Source: an uncultured bacterium
GTDB lineage: Bacteria > Hydrothermota > UBA3073 > NMUJ01 > CBEVQO01
Direction: 5' to 3'
DNA length: 64,000 nucleotides
Assembly (NCBI GenBank): GCA_965552055.1
Contig: CBEVQO010000009.1
Span: forward strand, 1-64,000
Positions 10,618 through 21,102 of the stretch are shown piece after piece. Numbering within the stretch: the stretch's first letter is position 1; every line of letters starts with the position of its first letter. The notes beneath the pieces were generated by a model. The model worked only from the letters and a program-made list of their open reading frames with translations. It ran no database searches and was not told where the DNA came from. Made by a program: the position numbers and the translations under genes.

Positions 10618-10632
10618 AATCAGGGATAAAAT
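10606..10632 (+). promoter_or_regulatory. sigma70-like promoter TTGACA-N15-TAAAAT of ndk
   Basis: TTGACA 10606-10611, TAAAAT 10627-10632, ATG at 10640. Confidence 0.55.
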
Positions 10633-10639
10633 TAAAAAG

Positions 10640-11191
10640 ATGGAAGAAAGGGTTGTTATTTTAATAAAGCCTGATGCCGTTAAAAGAAGACTGATAGGTG
10701 AAATATTGAAAAGATTTGAGCAATGTGGATTGAAGATAATAGCTTTAAAAATGGTGAAACCTGAGAGGGAAGAAATAGAAAAGCACTATCCTGATACCGA
10801 AGATTGGTACAGGAGAGCAGGAGAAAAGACACTTAAAAACTGCAAGGAAATGGGTATCTCTCCAAAGGATTACATCCAAACCGATGACCCTGTGGAAATT
10901 GGCAAATTAATTAAAAAATGGAATATCGATTATCTGACAGAAGGACCATGTGTGGTTGCACTTTTAGAAGGTAAAAATGCTATTGAATGTGCAAGAAAAA
11001 TCGTTGGAGCTACACTGCCAAAGGATGCATTACCTGGAACAATAAGAGGCGATTTCTCAACGGATTCAGCTATTGATTCGTTGAAAGAAAAAAGAGCAAT
11101 AAGAAATCTTGTCCATGCATCGGGAAACAAAGAAGAAAGAGAAGCAGAGCAAAAGCTCTGGTTTAGTGAAGGAGAAATTTTTGAATATTAA
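10640..11191 (+). CDS. ndk: Nucleoside diphosphate kinase (long-insert form)
   Basis: IKPDAV, GTIRGDF, RNLVHAS catalytic His. Confidence 0.92.
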   Translation: MEERVVILIKPDAVKRRLIGEILKRFEQCGLKIIALKMVKPEREEIEKHYPDTEDWYRRAGEKTLKNCKEMGISPKDYIQTDDPVEIGKLIKKWNIDYLTEGPCVVALLEGKNAIECARKIVGATLPKDALPGTIRGDFSTDSAIDSLKEKRAIRNLVHASGNKEEREAEQKLWFSEGEIFEY

Positions 11192-11203
11192 AAGGAGGGG
11201 CTT

Positions 11204-11653
11204 ATGCCTTTCTTTTTTATGATACTATTACTGGCAAAAGGAGACACACTTCCTCACTTCACAAAAATTTCTATTCAGGGAGATACCATTGATACAAAGA
11301 AATTGAAAAACAAAGTGATAATCTTTAACTTCTGGACTACATGGTGCCCGGCATGTATAATGGAAATACCAGGACTTATCGACCTTTACAAAAACTACAA
11401 AGATAAAGGATTGATGATAATAGGAATATCATTGAACGAAGATGCGGAAGATGTTATTGACTTCATAAATAAAAACAAAGTAATCTACCCGGTGATTATG
11501 GGTGACGAAGAAATAAATCAAATTTTCGGAAGAATTTTATTTATACCTACCACTTTCATAATCGCAAAAAATAATATCGTCTATGATAAATTCGTGGGAT
11601 ACAGGTCAGAGGCAATAATGGAAGAGATAATAACCCAGCTTCTCAACAAATGA
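11204..11653 (+). CDS. TlpA/ResA-family thiol:disulfide oxidoreductase
   Basis: NFWTTWCPAC, IPTTF cis-Pro motif. Confidence 0.88.
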   Translation: MPFFFMILLLAKGDTLPHFTKISIQGDTIDTKKLKNKVIIFNFWTTWCPACIMEIPGLIDLYKNYKDKGLMIIGISLNEDAEDVIDFINKNKVIYPVIMGDEEINQIFGRILFIPTTFIIAKNNIVYDKFVGYRSEAIMEEIITQLLNK

Positions 11654-13131
11654 AAATAAAAATTGATGGGGAAAATTTAAAGATAGATGATGTAATAAAT
11701 GTTGCGAGAAATTTTTATATCGTAGAAATTTCAGAGAAAGCAAAACATAACATTGAAAAATCCCGAAAAATTCTGGAAAAATTTTTGAAAAACGGCAAAA
11801 CAATTTACGGAGTAAACACTGGATTCGGCTCAAAAGCATCTGTCACGATACCAGTAGAAAAGGCACAAAAATTGCAGGAAAATCTCATTCTCAGCCATTC
11901 ATGTGGAGCAGGCGATTTTTTACCTGTTGACACAGTAAGAGCCGCTATGCTGATAAGAGCAAATACACTTTGCAAAGGATATTCGGGTGTAAGATTATGT
12001 GTAATCGAAAAATTGATAGAAATGCTTAATAAGGGTGTAACTCCTGTTGTGCCTGAAAAGGGCTCTGTAGGGGCGAGTGGAGATTTAATACCACTCTCTC
12101 ACATCGCACTTACATTCATAGAAACCGATGAAGATATAGACCCGCCTGTTATATACGAGGGCAAAATCGAAAGAAGTAGCAAAATATTTAAGAAACTGGG
12201 GATTAAGAAATTAAAATTGATGCAAAAAGAAGGTCTCGCTTTAAACAACGGAACGCAGGTTTCAACAGCTATAGGCGTGCTTTGCCTGTATGATGCAAAA
12301 AAATTATTGGATTGGGCTGTTAGAGCATCCGCTTTAACAATCGAAGCATTAAAATCAAATGATTTGCCATTTCACGAAGAAATACAAAAAGTAAGACCAC
12401 ATACAGGTCAAATAGAAATAGCGAATAAATTACGAAATCTATTAAATGGAAGTAGAAACATGGACTATAATGTGCTACAGGATGCTTATTCTTTGAGATG
12501 CATTCCACAGGTTTACGGTGCTGTATTTGATACTATAAACTTTGTAGAAAAAATTCTATCAGTTGAGATAAATTCAGCGACGGACAATCCTCTAATTTTT
12601 AAAGATAAGATATTATCCTGTGGAAATTTTCATGGAGAATATATTGCTATGGCTCTTGACTTTTTATCGATAGCGGTATCGGAGATTGGAAGCATGTCTG
12701 AAAGAAGGATTTTCAGATTGTTAACCGGCTTTTTAAATAGGGGTCTACCTTCTTTCTTGATAAAAGACAGCGGCTTCCAAAGTGGATTTATGTTGACGCA
12801 ATATCTTTGTGCAAATCTCTGTAACGAAAATAAAGTGCTTTGTCATCCGGCATCTTGTGATTCAATACCAACATGCGAAGACCAGGAAGATTTCGTAAGT
12901 ATGTCAATGACTTCCGCTTTGAAATTGAGGAGAATCGTAGAAAATGTAAAAACAATTATTGCAGTGGAACTTATATGCGCAACACAGGCAATAGACATGC
13001 GAAACACAAAAGACAAAATGAGCGAAGAAAACAAAAGAACTTACAGAAAAATCAGGGAAAATGTGCCATTTATAGAAAAAGATACTCCACTTTCTGACTA
13101 TATAAAAAAAATTGCGGAAATCATAAGGTGA
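11650..13131 (+). CDS. hutH: Histidine ammonia-lyase
   Basis: YGVNTGFG, GASGDL (MIO-forming ASG), QDAYSLRC, GNFHG. Confidence 0.9.
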   Translation: MKIKIDGENLKIDDVINVARNFYIVEISEKAKHNIEKSRKILEKFLKNGKTIYGVNTGFGSKASVTIPVEKAQKLQENLILSHSCGAGDFLPVDTVRAAMLIRANTLCKGYSGVRLCVIEKLIEMLNKGVTPVVPEKGSVGASGDLIPLSHIALTFIETDEDIDPPVIYEGKIERSSKIFKKLGIKKLKLMQKEGLALNNGTQVSTAIGVLCLYDAKKLLDWAVRASALTIEALKSNDLPFHEEIQKVRPHTGQIEIANKLRNLLNGSRNMDYNVLQDAYSLRCIPQVYGAVFDTINFVEKILSVEINSATDNPLIFKDKILSCGNFHGEYIAMALDFLSIAVSEIGSMSERRIFRLLTGFLNRGLPSFLIKDSGFQSGFMLTQYLCANLCNENKVLCHPASCDSIPTCEDQEDFVSMSMTSALKLRRIVENVKTIIAVELICATQAIDMRNTKDKMSEENKRTYRKIRENVPFIEKDTPLSDYIKKIAEIIR

Positions 13132-13145
13132 TTTCAATTGTTACC

Positions 13146-13166
13146 GGGCGGGGCAAAGCCCCGCCC
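13146..13166. terminator. GC-rich hairpin between convergent hutH and S8 protease genes (probable terminator)
   Basis: GGGCGGGGC-AAA-GCCCCGCCC perfect 9-bp stem; U-tract weak. Confidence 0.6.
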
Positions 13167-13174
13167 CTATTCCA

Positions 13175-16100
13175 TTACTTCATCAGAACTACTTTTCGAG
13201 TGAGTGATTTCTCACCTGCATTCAATCTCACAAAGTAAACTCCGGGTGGAAGAGCACTGAAGTCAGCATCAATATAATGCTCACCGGCTCCGTATTCCTT
13301 GTCCGTAAGTAACTTAACCCTTCTTCCAGTAACATCGTAGAGATAAATTGATACTCTTGATTCCTTTGTCAGGGAGAACATAATCTTTGCCTTATCCCTC
13401 AACGGGTTAGGAGTAACTGACATTTTCATTCTAAATGTCTTCTTTTGGGAAATAGCAACAGGTGCTCCTCCGCTCACACCACCTATCTGGAATGTGCCGG
13501 ATGTAGCTTTTGCAGCATTCGTATTATTCCAGATTACTATTGCATAGGTATCGGATGCAGGAGCTGTATAATTAAGTATCTCTTTGCCTCCGGGTCCAGC
13601 TGTATCCCTTACAACAGCAAGCTCACATCTGGGTTGATAATTTTCTCCCGGAACAGCAAGCCCTATTCCAAGGTCAAGAGCACCGGAAACAACTATAGTG
13701 GTACAACTGAGATTGGCACCCGAATTCAAATAAATTCTCCATATCTTTACAACATCATCGGAATTCATAGTAATTTGGGCACTCCTATTACCAGATGATA
13801 ATTGCAAAGGTTCATAACGCGATGCGTCAATCCACTCAAGATAAACCGAATCCTCAAATTCAAATCCATAAACTGCTGGCCATAATTCTGTACCTGACTT
13901 ATCATAAACCACAATGAAATCAACTGCATCAGAAGGCTCATTGGATATTGCAAGCGGTTCCTCAAATCCTCCTGATGTAGGAGTGCCGTAAGTGTTTGGA
14001 TAAAGCTCAAGGTCAACATCACAACTATCATTCGATGCTTTATATGTCCTGACACCAACTACCGCCCATTTGTGATTCGGTGTCATTGAATAAGATGTCA
14101 TATTATAATATGGACCGGAGAATAGACCTGTTGCCCTCGGTGCAAGGAACAGCGCACTTTCATCTGCATTCAGTGGCGCAGGCTTCCAGATATACTGCTT
14201 GCCCCACAAACGATTCCATTGGTTAAAGATATTATCCGCAAGTGAGTCACCATAATCAACCCATTTCATTAAAGTGTGTCTTCCTCCAGGGATAATACCA
14301 AAGTTATATTCACCTGTCGTGTAATTCCAGCCAGCAAGTCCATTAACCTCCATTGTTACACCATAGTAGTCAACACCACAATAGTTGTAGAAAGTCTCAT
14401 TTATAGTAGCATTCGACCTGTTAATCGCTGAAAAGTCAGACACCCATGTACTATCATTACCAGAAAGTATTAATGGCAATGATACACCACCCTGTGTATG
14501 CGACGGAACTATAGGATAATCCCAGCCAGAAGGTCTGTAATATGTAAGCATCGGATGAGTATGCGATATCTCGACTGCCATTATTCCAGTATAACCACCA
14601 AACCAGCCTATATCGGGACCACCGGACCAGTTATTATCTCCATCAATGTAAGTAGCCTCAGAAAGCCACTTCTCACCTATCAGCACTGCCATTGCATTCG
14701 CATTGGTCCCTGCTCCGCTCTTTGGATTATAAAAGCCAACCCAGAATACACCGGGAACCTTCTGACCTAGCCTCCAGTATAACCACTGCGGCTGATCACC
14801 AGGAACATTTGTCCATGTATGACTGCCTATCAGATTACCGGGATGACCAGCATATACTCCATTGTATGTCCCTATATTTCCATCGTCATCCGCCCATATA
14901 TATGCAGTAACATTTACAGCTGTATTTTTATTACCAGCACAACCACTATAACTTGAAAGATATCCACAGGTATAGCAAAGTACACCTATTGTGTCAACGA
15001 AAACCGAATCTTCTGCGTCTATACCTACCTGCACTGGAAATGCAAAGTATTTGCCTATTAAACCGCTACTTACATTGCATACATAGATGTATATGGGACC
15101 ATCCGTATCCCAAAGAGGCAGGAACAATTCTTCACCATGCCACATCCATGGTCCATAAATTGAGAACACAACGGTATCAATATAAGTATTCGCAAGATTA
15201 TTACCATATTTGCCCTGAAGCGCTACTCTGAAAGATGGGTCCCTGCCATTAAGAGTATCCTGATCAAATACATATTCGATTTCCCATGGGTCTTCCACAT
15301 TATCTCCTCCGTAATCCCCGTGCATCACAAGTCCGAATGTAGATGTATTATCCCTTATATTCACCCTGTTCTGAGCTATTGCATTACCTGGAAGCAATTT
15401 GCCCGTAACATCATGTGCATCAATACCATAATTTTTAACCGCTATCATTAATTTACCTCGCTCATTAAGGTCGAGATAGCCATCGCCGTTACCATATTCC
15501 CTATCATCAAACCTCCACTTACCACCGCTTGTAATTACTCTGATACACGGTGCAGTTATAGGCTCCATACCCACATAAGCCCTTATTTCAAATGGACCAT
15601 ACCAGCCATAATTGTCCCAGCTCGAAGGGTCTTTCCTGTTCATAGTTGTCTTACTACCTTCAGAAACTCCTCCACCGTTAGCATAATCCTCGTAAGGTAA
15701 GCCGTCATTCGTTCCGTCACCTGTGTGACAAACAGTATAGCCAATCCAGAACCCTCCCGGCTCAGATACATAAATCCCTGGCGAAGAAAGAGTTATGCTA
15801 GTCCACTGATCTTTATTTATAGTTACACTGCTGAAATACTCCTTACCCCACAAACTGGAATCAGGAGCATAATATTTGCTATTGTGCTTCCACACAAATA
15901 CAGTACAGGGTCCGGAATAAGACGCACACGCATATATCCTTAACTCATGAACGGTACAGGGGGCTGCGTTAACGAGATATTTGGCAATATAAAGGTCGGG
16001 TTTATTGCCCACATCCGCTATATCACAGTAGTCATGTGTAAATGGGTCGTCAGATAATTCTTTTCTCTGGGCAGGTTTCTCCTGGAATGCAACATGAATC

Positions 16101-17845
16101 TTGAAGAAATCCCATTTCACATAATTGTCTGCAGTTATCCTCAAAGTAAAGTAAACATCAATATCTTCAGCAATTGATGAACTCAAACTAATTGTGAAGC
16201 TCTGATTTGCAGCACTACCGCCTTTCGGAATATTACCAAATGAATATGGTCCCGGTCGAGAGAGCGTTACATTGCTGTTTGTACTGTAAACTATTTTAGC
16301 TTGAACATTCGAAGCATCAGCACCATAATTTCTCAAAACAATTCTTAAACCTACATCTTCACCGGGGTCAGCTTCACCATCTCTATTATCATCGCTTATG
16401 ATTTTAACACTATCAATAAAGATATGGGGGTAAACAGGCTCAGGTATGTGCTGTACCATTTTCAAAGCAGCTGTTCTTCCCCACCCAAATTGATTGTTGG
16501 GATATGGCCAGCCTGGGTCGGGATGGGCAGCATAATCTGTGAACAGCATATAAAGCTTCTTACAAAAATCGGTTAATGTATTTCCATTCCATGTATAACT
16601 TCCACCACAGTAAGCAGGTGCTCCCATTGCAGATGTTACTATAGCCGCAACACCAGCAGCATGAGGAGTAGCTGCAGAGGTACCTGAAAACGACTGATAA
16701 CCATCATCCGGTGCAGTTGTACGCGTAGGATCTGCAGGCGCTACAATATCGGGCTTCCTCCTGTTCCAGTCAGACCTATACCAGTCAGATGTATTCGTAT
16801 AAGGAGACTTATTGGGAGCAGGTCCTGTTGAAGAATACTCGGTTATCGAATCATTGGGGAATGTGGCTCCTACACCCAGTACCACAGGATAATCACCGGG
16901 CTGAGCGGTCTGACCCGGTCCTTCATTTCCTATCGCAAATACTGGGAATATCCCTTCAAGTTTCCATGTCTTGCAATCATTATAAAATTCTCCATCGCTA
17001 TTGGTATCACCCCATGAGTTGCTCATTATATGTGGTCTTAATGAATCCGGCAATTTGGCTACCCAGTCAAATGCATCATGAAGCTCCGATGCCGTAGCTC
17101 CACCCTGACTATCAAGTGCCTGAACAACAATGAATTTCGATGCAGGTGCTACACCAACCCCAAAATCTGCAACAATGAACCCCATCGTACCTGTACCGTG
17201 ACTCTCAGCATCATGTGGCTGAGAACCAGGATACTGAGCACTATACCATGCACTAACTCCCCTATATTTATCCCTTAAAGCAGGATGATCTACATCAACA
17301 CCCGTATCCATATTACCGACAACTACACCCTGACCTTTATAACCAAGAGCCCAAACCCATGGAGCTTCTGTTGTCTCTACATTCCATCTAACAGCAGCAC
17401 CACCAGCAAAATAATCCATGGTAGAAGCTTCACCATAATCCTCACCTTTCTTTTCAGGAATCCATCTTTTCCATGCATTTAAACTTATAAGCTTAATATC
17501 ATCCCTTTTTGCAAGGTCTTCGATCGCCCTCTTAGGAATTCTCGTCCAGAAACAGTTACCAGCAACAAATTGCTTAAACTCATTTACTCCGTATTTGTCC
17601 CTCAAATAATCAATTATAGGTTTCTGCGTCCTGTATGCCCAATCTCTCAAATACGCTATTATTTCATCACCGGATTTAGCACCAGCAAAGTAACTCCTGT
17701 CCGGAATACCCGCAGAAGGATGGATTATAACCTCTATCAATTCATCTTCGCCTTTCGTGGCCATTACTTTCTGTAAATCTTTGCTAAGCCTGGCTCCAGA
17801 CAATAAAGAAGGTATAATTAAACACAAAAGAGCATTACGCAACAT
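13175..17845 (-). CDS. Large secreted S8 (subtilase) serine protease with C-terminal T9SS type-A-like sorting domain
   Basis: Signal peptide; catalytic MDTG, SHGTGT, GTSAATP; C-terminus PNP...IYLYDVTGR...GVYFVRL...RKVVLMK. Confidence 0.88.
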   Translation of the reverse strand: MLRNALLCLIIPSLLSGARLSKDLQKVMATKGEDELIEVIIHPSAGIPDRSYFAGAKSGDEIIAYLRDWAYRTQKPIIDYLRDKYGVNEFKQFVAGNCFWTRIPKRAIEDLAKRDDIKLISLNAWKRWIPEKKGEDYGEASTMDYFAGGAAVRWNVETTEAPWVWALGYKGQGVVVGNMDTGVDVDHPALRDKYRGVSAWYSAQYPGSQPHDAESHGTGTMGFIVADFGVGVAPASKFIVVQALDSQGGATASELHDAFDWVAKLPDSLRPHIMSNSWGDTNSDGEFYNDCKTWKLEGIFPVFAIGNEGPGQTAQPGDYPVVLGVGATFPNDSITEYSSTGPAPNKSPYTNTSDWYRSDWNRRKPDIVAPADPTRTTAPDDGYQSFSGTSAATPHAAGVAAIVTSAMGAPAYCGGSYTWNGNTLTDFCKKLYMLFTDYAAHPDPGWPYPNNQFGWGRTAALKMVQHIPEPVYPHIFIDSVKIISDDNRDGEADPGEDVGLRIVLRNYGADASNVQAKIVYSTNSNVTLSRPGPYSFGNIPKGGSAANQSFTISLSSSIAEDIDVYFTLRITADNYVKWDFFKIHVAFQEKPAQRKELSDDPFTHDYCDIADVGNKPDLYIAKYLVNAAPCTVHELRIYACASYSGPCTVFVWKHNSKYYAPDSSLWGKEYFSSVTINKDQWTSITLSSPGIYVSEPGGFWIGYTVCHTGDGTNDGLPYEDYANGGGVSEGSKTTMNRKDPSSWDNYGWYGPFEIRAYVGMEPITAPCIRVITSGGKWRFDDREYGNGDGYLDLNERGKLMIAVKNYGIDAHDVTGKLLPGNAIAQNRVNIRDNTSTFGLVMHGDYGGDNVEDPWEIEYVFDQDTLNGRDPSFRVALQGKYGNNLANTYIDTVVFSIYGPWMWHGEELFLPLWDTDGPIYIYVCNVSSGLIGKYFAFPVQVGIDAEDSVFVDTIGVLCYTCGYLSSYSGCAGNKNTAVNVTAYIWADDDGNIGTYNGVYAGHPGNLIGSHTWTNVPGDQPQWLYWRLGQKVPGVFWVGFYNPKSGAGTNANAMAVLIGEKWLSEATYIDGDNNWSGGPDIGWFGGYTGIMAVEISHTHPMLTYYRPSGWDYPIVPSHTQGGVSLPLILSGNDSTWVSDFSAINRSNATINETFYNYCGVDYYGVTMEVNGLAGWNYTTGEYNFGIIPGGRHTLMKWVDYGDSLADNIFNQWNRLWGKQYIWKPAPLNADESALFLAPRATGLFSGPYYNMTSYSMTPNHKWAVVGVRTYKASNDSCDVDLELYPNTYGTPTSGGFEEPLAISNEPSDAVDFIVVYDKSGTELWPAVYGFEFEDSVYLEWIDASRYEPLQLSSGNRSAQITMNSDDVVKIWRIYLNSGANLSCTTIVVSGALDLGIGLAVPGENYQPRCELAVVRDTAGPGGKEILNYTAPASDTYAIVIWNNTNAAKATSGTFQIGGVSGGAPVAISQKKTFRMKMSVTPNPLRDKAKIMFSLTKESRVSIYLYDVTGRRVKLLTDKEYGAGEHYIDADFSALPPGVYFVRLNAGEKSLTRKVVLMK

Positions 17846-17853
17846 ACCCCCTC

Positions 17854-18453
17854 CTATTTTTCCATCTCTCTTATTATCTTCTTGTAAAATTTAGTATAGG
17901 TATCAAGTGCTCTTTTGGACTCCATTGCCTGCTCGGGTGTACCATGTTTCCTCATAATCTCATATCTTGCTTCAAGTAAGCGCTTGCGAGTAGATAATTT
18001 AAGTTTCCTCAAATCATCGCCTTTCAGCATCTTGGCATTCCTGTGATATTCCGAAAGAATCTCTCTCTGCGCTTTCCACGCCATCAACTCGGCAATGTAA
18101 TATTTCTTTGCATCACGAGGATAGCCCATATCACCGGATATAACTCTCCTCGAAGCCATACGCTTCTTGGATTCATCTTCCTTAATCACACGGGTAACTT
18201 TCAGCCTCTTCTTCCATTCCATTAATTCCTTTATATCGGGTATCTTCGAAATGTCAGGCACCTCTGGCGTTTTTATCTTCTCACTGTCTATACTCTTTAT
18301 TCTGGCTGTTATAGCTCCACCCTTCCACGGTATTTTCACTGCAAATTTTGCACCAGGACTGCAAGATTTGCACTTCTCAGAACTCCTTAAACCGGCTCCG
18401 ACCCCAACTAAAATAAAGGCTACTGCTGCAACTACAATATACCTCATAAACAC
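17854..18453 (-). CDS. Hypothetical exported/membrane-anchored protein
   Basis: 199-aa ORF with SD, N-terminal hydrophobic segment and CxxC; upstream of the S8 gene. Confidence 0.65.
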   Translation of the reverse strand: MFMRYIVVAAVAFILVGVGAGLRSSEKCKSCSPGAKFAVKIPWKGGAITARIKSIDSEKIKTPEVPDISKIPDIKELMEWKKRLKVTRVIKEDESKKRMASRRVISGDMGYPRDAKKYYIAELMAWKAQREILSEYHRNAKMLKGDDLRKLKLSTRKRLLEARYEIMRKHGTPEQAMESKRALDTYTKFYKKIIREMEK

Positions 18454-18499
18454 CCCCTCCTTTTCATCTCAATTATGAATATGCAAAAACTGTGTCAAA

Positions 18500-19174
18500 T
18501 TAGTCTTTCTCTTTGCCCTTCACTACTACAACTAGCTCACCCCTTGGTTTGTGCTCCTCAAAGTATTTTATTAATTCTGTCACTCTGCCCCTTATTGCTT
18601 CTTCAAAACGCTTGGTTAACTCCCTGACAACTACTATTTCTCTATCACCCAGCACTTCATATAAATCATTTAAAAATTTCGTTATCCTGTGCGGCGATTC
18701 ATAAAAAATCATTGTCCTCTCTTCATCCACGAGCTTCTGTAAACGCTTTTTTCTTCTGCCACTCCTTCTTGGTAAAAAACCTTCAAAACAAAACCTGTCC
18801 ATCGGAAAGCCCGATTTTAACAAAGCACAGACAAATGCAGTGGGCCCTGGAATCGGTATCACTTCAATCCCTTCTCTTATCGCTTCTCTTATAAGATAAA
18901 AACCGGGGTCCTGAATGCCAGGTGTTCCTGAATCTGATACAAGAGCGATTTTTTTCCCTTCTTTCATCAATTTTATCAAATATTTTGTCCTCTCAACTTT
19001 GTTATATTCGTGATAACTTATCTGTGGTGTATTAATTCCGTAATGTTTTAATAAAATCCCTGTTCTTCGCGTATCTTCTGCTGCTATTAAATCTACGCTT
19101 TTTAAAGTTTCGATTGCCCTAAAAGTTATATCCTGGAGATTTCCTATTGGGGTAGCTACTACATAAAGTGTCAT
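18500..19174 (-). CDS. rsmI: 16S rRNA (cytidine1402-2'-O)-methyltransferase
   Basis: LYVVATPIGNLQDIT, AEDTR, SDSGTP, FYESPHR, RELTK. Confidence 0.95.
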   Translation of the reverse strand: MTLYVVATPIGNLQDITFRAIETLKSVDLIAAEDTRRTGILLKHYGINTPQISYHEYNKVERTKYLIKLMKEGKKIALVSDSGTPGIQDPGFYLIREAIREGIEVIPIPGPTAFVCALLKSGFPMDRFCFEGFLPRRSGRRKKRLQKLVDEERTMIFYESPHRITKFLNDLYEVLGDREIVVVRELTKRFEEAIRGRVTELIKYFEEHKPRGELVVVVKGKEKD

Positions 19175-21102
19175 CTTTTGGGAATCATAACGATTTCGAC
19201 TCTGCGATTTGCCGCTCTCCCTTCTGGAGTCGCATTACTTGCTATCGGACGAGCTGAACCAAATCCAACATAACGCAATTGCGAAGGTGATACCCCGCAT
19301 CTATAAATCAGGAAGTCATAAACAGCTTTTGCTCTTGCTTCCGATAGTATCAGATTGTTGGGATAACGCTTCGTCCTTATCGGACGAGAATCTGTGTGTC
19401 CCCTTATTTCAAAAATACAATCAGGATGCTCTTTTATAAACTTTGCTACTCTATGTAAATCTTTATAAAATGTAGGTGGAATTATCGCTTCACCCGACGG
19501 GAATAAAATTCTAAGTAAATATCCCATTTCAAGAGTGACTTCCACTTTTCTTTCTTCTCCTACATCAACCGTTATTTCTTTTACACTCCCGGGTAAATAT
19601 GGCTTTTCATGAGGATAAACATAAATATCGTAAAATCCAGGCATTAAGTTTTCTATAACAAAATTACCATCTTTATCTGTATCAACCGTCCCTGTCATCG
19701 GACCTTCATACCTTATGGATGCTCTTACTCTCCTTCCATCAACTCCTTTTACTACGCCTGTAATCCTGCCTCTGTTTGCCATCTGTTGCACCACTTTAAT
19801 TTCTGTTGGCTTCTCTTCTGGTTCTTCCTTCTTTTCCAGTAATTCTTTTAACCACTCAGGAGCTTCCATTTTGATTTCCGGAATTTCTATCTTTGGTTCA
19901 ACTTTCACCACTGGTTGAATTTCGGGCTTTTCAGGCGCTTTTACTTCAACGACAGGAGGTGGAGCTTTTTCTTCCTCCTCTCCCGGTTTTATCATCTCCA
20001 TATCACATATAACTGTCTTTTTCCTCTCTACAGTGACTACTTTTTGCGAACGACGATAACCAGCAGCTTCTGCAATAACAGTGTAAACACCGGGAGGGAC
20101 ATCTTTAAATTTGAAAACACCATATTGGTCTGTACGCTTTACCCTTTTCAGTTCTTTAATTTTAACCTTGGCATTCATCAAAGGTGTACCTGTTTTCTTA
20201 TGAAATACTCTTCCAGCAATCGCACCCCTCGGTACAAGTTCCCTCGTCCTTAATACAGGTGCTGATATAGAAAAGCCAGCAACTACCCTCCATGTGAGCT
20301 TACCTGTCGGAATAGCCGTTATATGCATGGGTTGTTTAAATCTGTACCACGACATCCTATCCCATGTGGTAATAACCTGGGCTATATCAAAAGAGAGTAT
20401 CTCAAGGGGTTTGAATCTGAATCCATAAATTAATTCTCCCAATTGTTCTTCAACTGGCTTTTTCAAAATATCACCAAAAGATTTACCCCAGACCTGACCT
20501 TCCACTATATAATCAACATATCTCGAAGAAATAGCTAAACCCAATCTTATAACCATAGGATTATCCGATGGATTTTCATATCCCACATTGATATTCATCC
20601 TGAAAGGTGTTTTTAAACTTATTTCCGAAGCATCAAAATTCAATATACCACAAACAAATCCTTTAAAAATACTGTCGCTCCAGGGCTTATCACCTATCGG
20701 AAGCGAAATGCCAGTCAGAAAACCTGCTTTCAAAACCCTGCTCGGCAAGAAATAACATTTGCCACCAATAAAAGAATTGCCACGACCACCACTCTCATCA
20801 AGCTTATTGCCCTCTCTGTCACTTACCCTTTCACCTATATAGGACATCAACAAAATTGCCTCAAAATATTTCAAAGGTGTAAATGTAACTCCAACATTTA
20901 TAAATGTCTCCCTTAAAGCACAATTCTCAACAGTATCTCCTCCTCTTACATATTCGCAACTTGCTTCATACAAATCAGCATGTGCATTTATTGACAGCAT
21001 AGGACGCAAAGGATTTATTATCTTGCAATCAGGTGAATAAGTCCAGAATAATCCCTTACCTCCCCAATAACTTATCCCGAGTATGAGAAAAACTACCATC
21101 AT
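19171..21102 (-). CDS. OmpA-family protein with carboxypeptidase-regulatory-like domains
   Basis: C-terminal EIRGHTD...LSEARA...GRAANRRVE; two TDxxGxF beta-sandwich repeats. Confidence 0.85.
   Translation of the reverse strand: MMVVFLILGISYWGGKGLFWTYSPDCKIINPLRPMLSINAHADLYEASCEYVRGGDTVENCALRETFINVGVTFTPLKYFEAILLMSYIGERVSDREGNKLDESGGRGNSFIGGKCYFLPSRVLKAGFLTGISLPIGDKPWSDSIFKGFVCGILNFDASEISLKTPFRMNINVGYENPSDNPMVIRLGLAISSRYVDYIVEGQVWGKSFGDILKKPVEEQLGELIYGFRFKPLEILSFDIAQVITTWDRMSWYRFKQPMHITAIPTGKLTWRVVAGFSISAPVLRTRELVPRGAIAGRVFHKKTGTPLMNAKVKIKELKRVKRTDQYGVFKFKDVPPGVYTVIAEAAGYRRSQKVVTVERKKTVICDMEMIKPGEEEEKAPPPVVEVKAPEKPEIQPVVKVEPKIEIPEIKMEAPEWLKELLEKKEEPEEKPTEIKVVQQMANRGRITGVVKGVDGRRVRASIRYEGPMTGTVDTDKDGNFVIENLMPGFYDIYVYPHEKPYLPGSVKEITVDVGEERKVEVTLEMGYLLRILFPSGEAIIPPTFYKDLHRVAKFIKEHPDCIFEIRGHTDSRPIRTKRYPNNLILSEARAKAVYDFLIYRCGVSPSQLRYVGFGSARPIASNATPEGRAANRRVEIVMIPKR

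Noticed and set aside
13146..13166. Hairpin arm AGCCCCGCC resembling the dispersed repeat's left motif
   Set aside because: Only 9 bp are shared and no other repeat blocks follow; better explained as a terminator.
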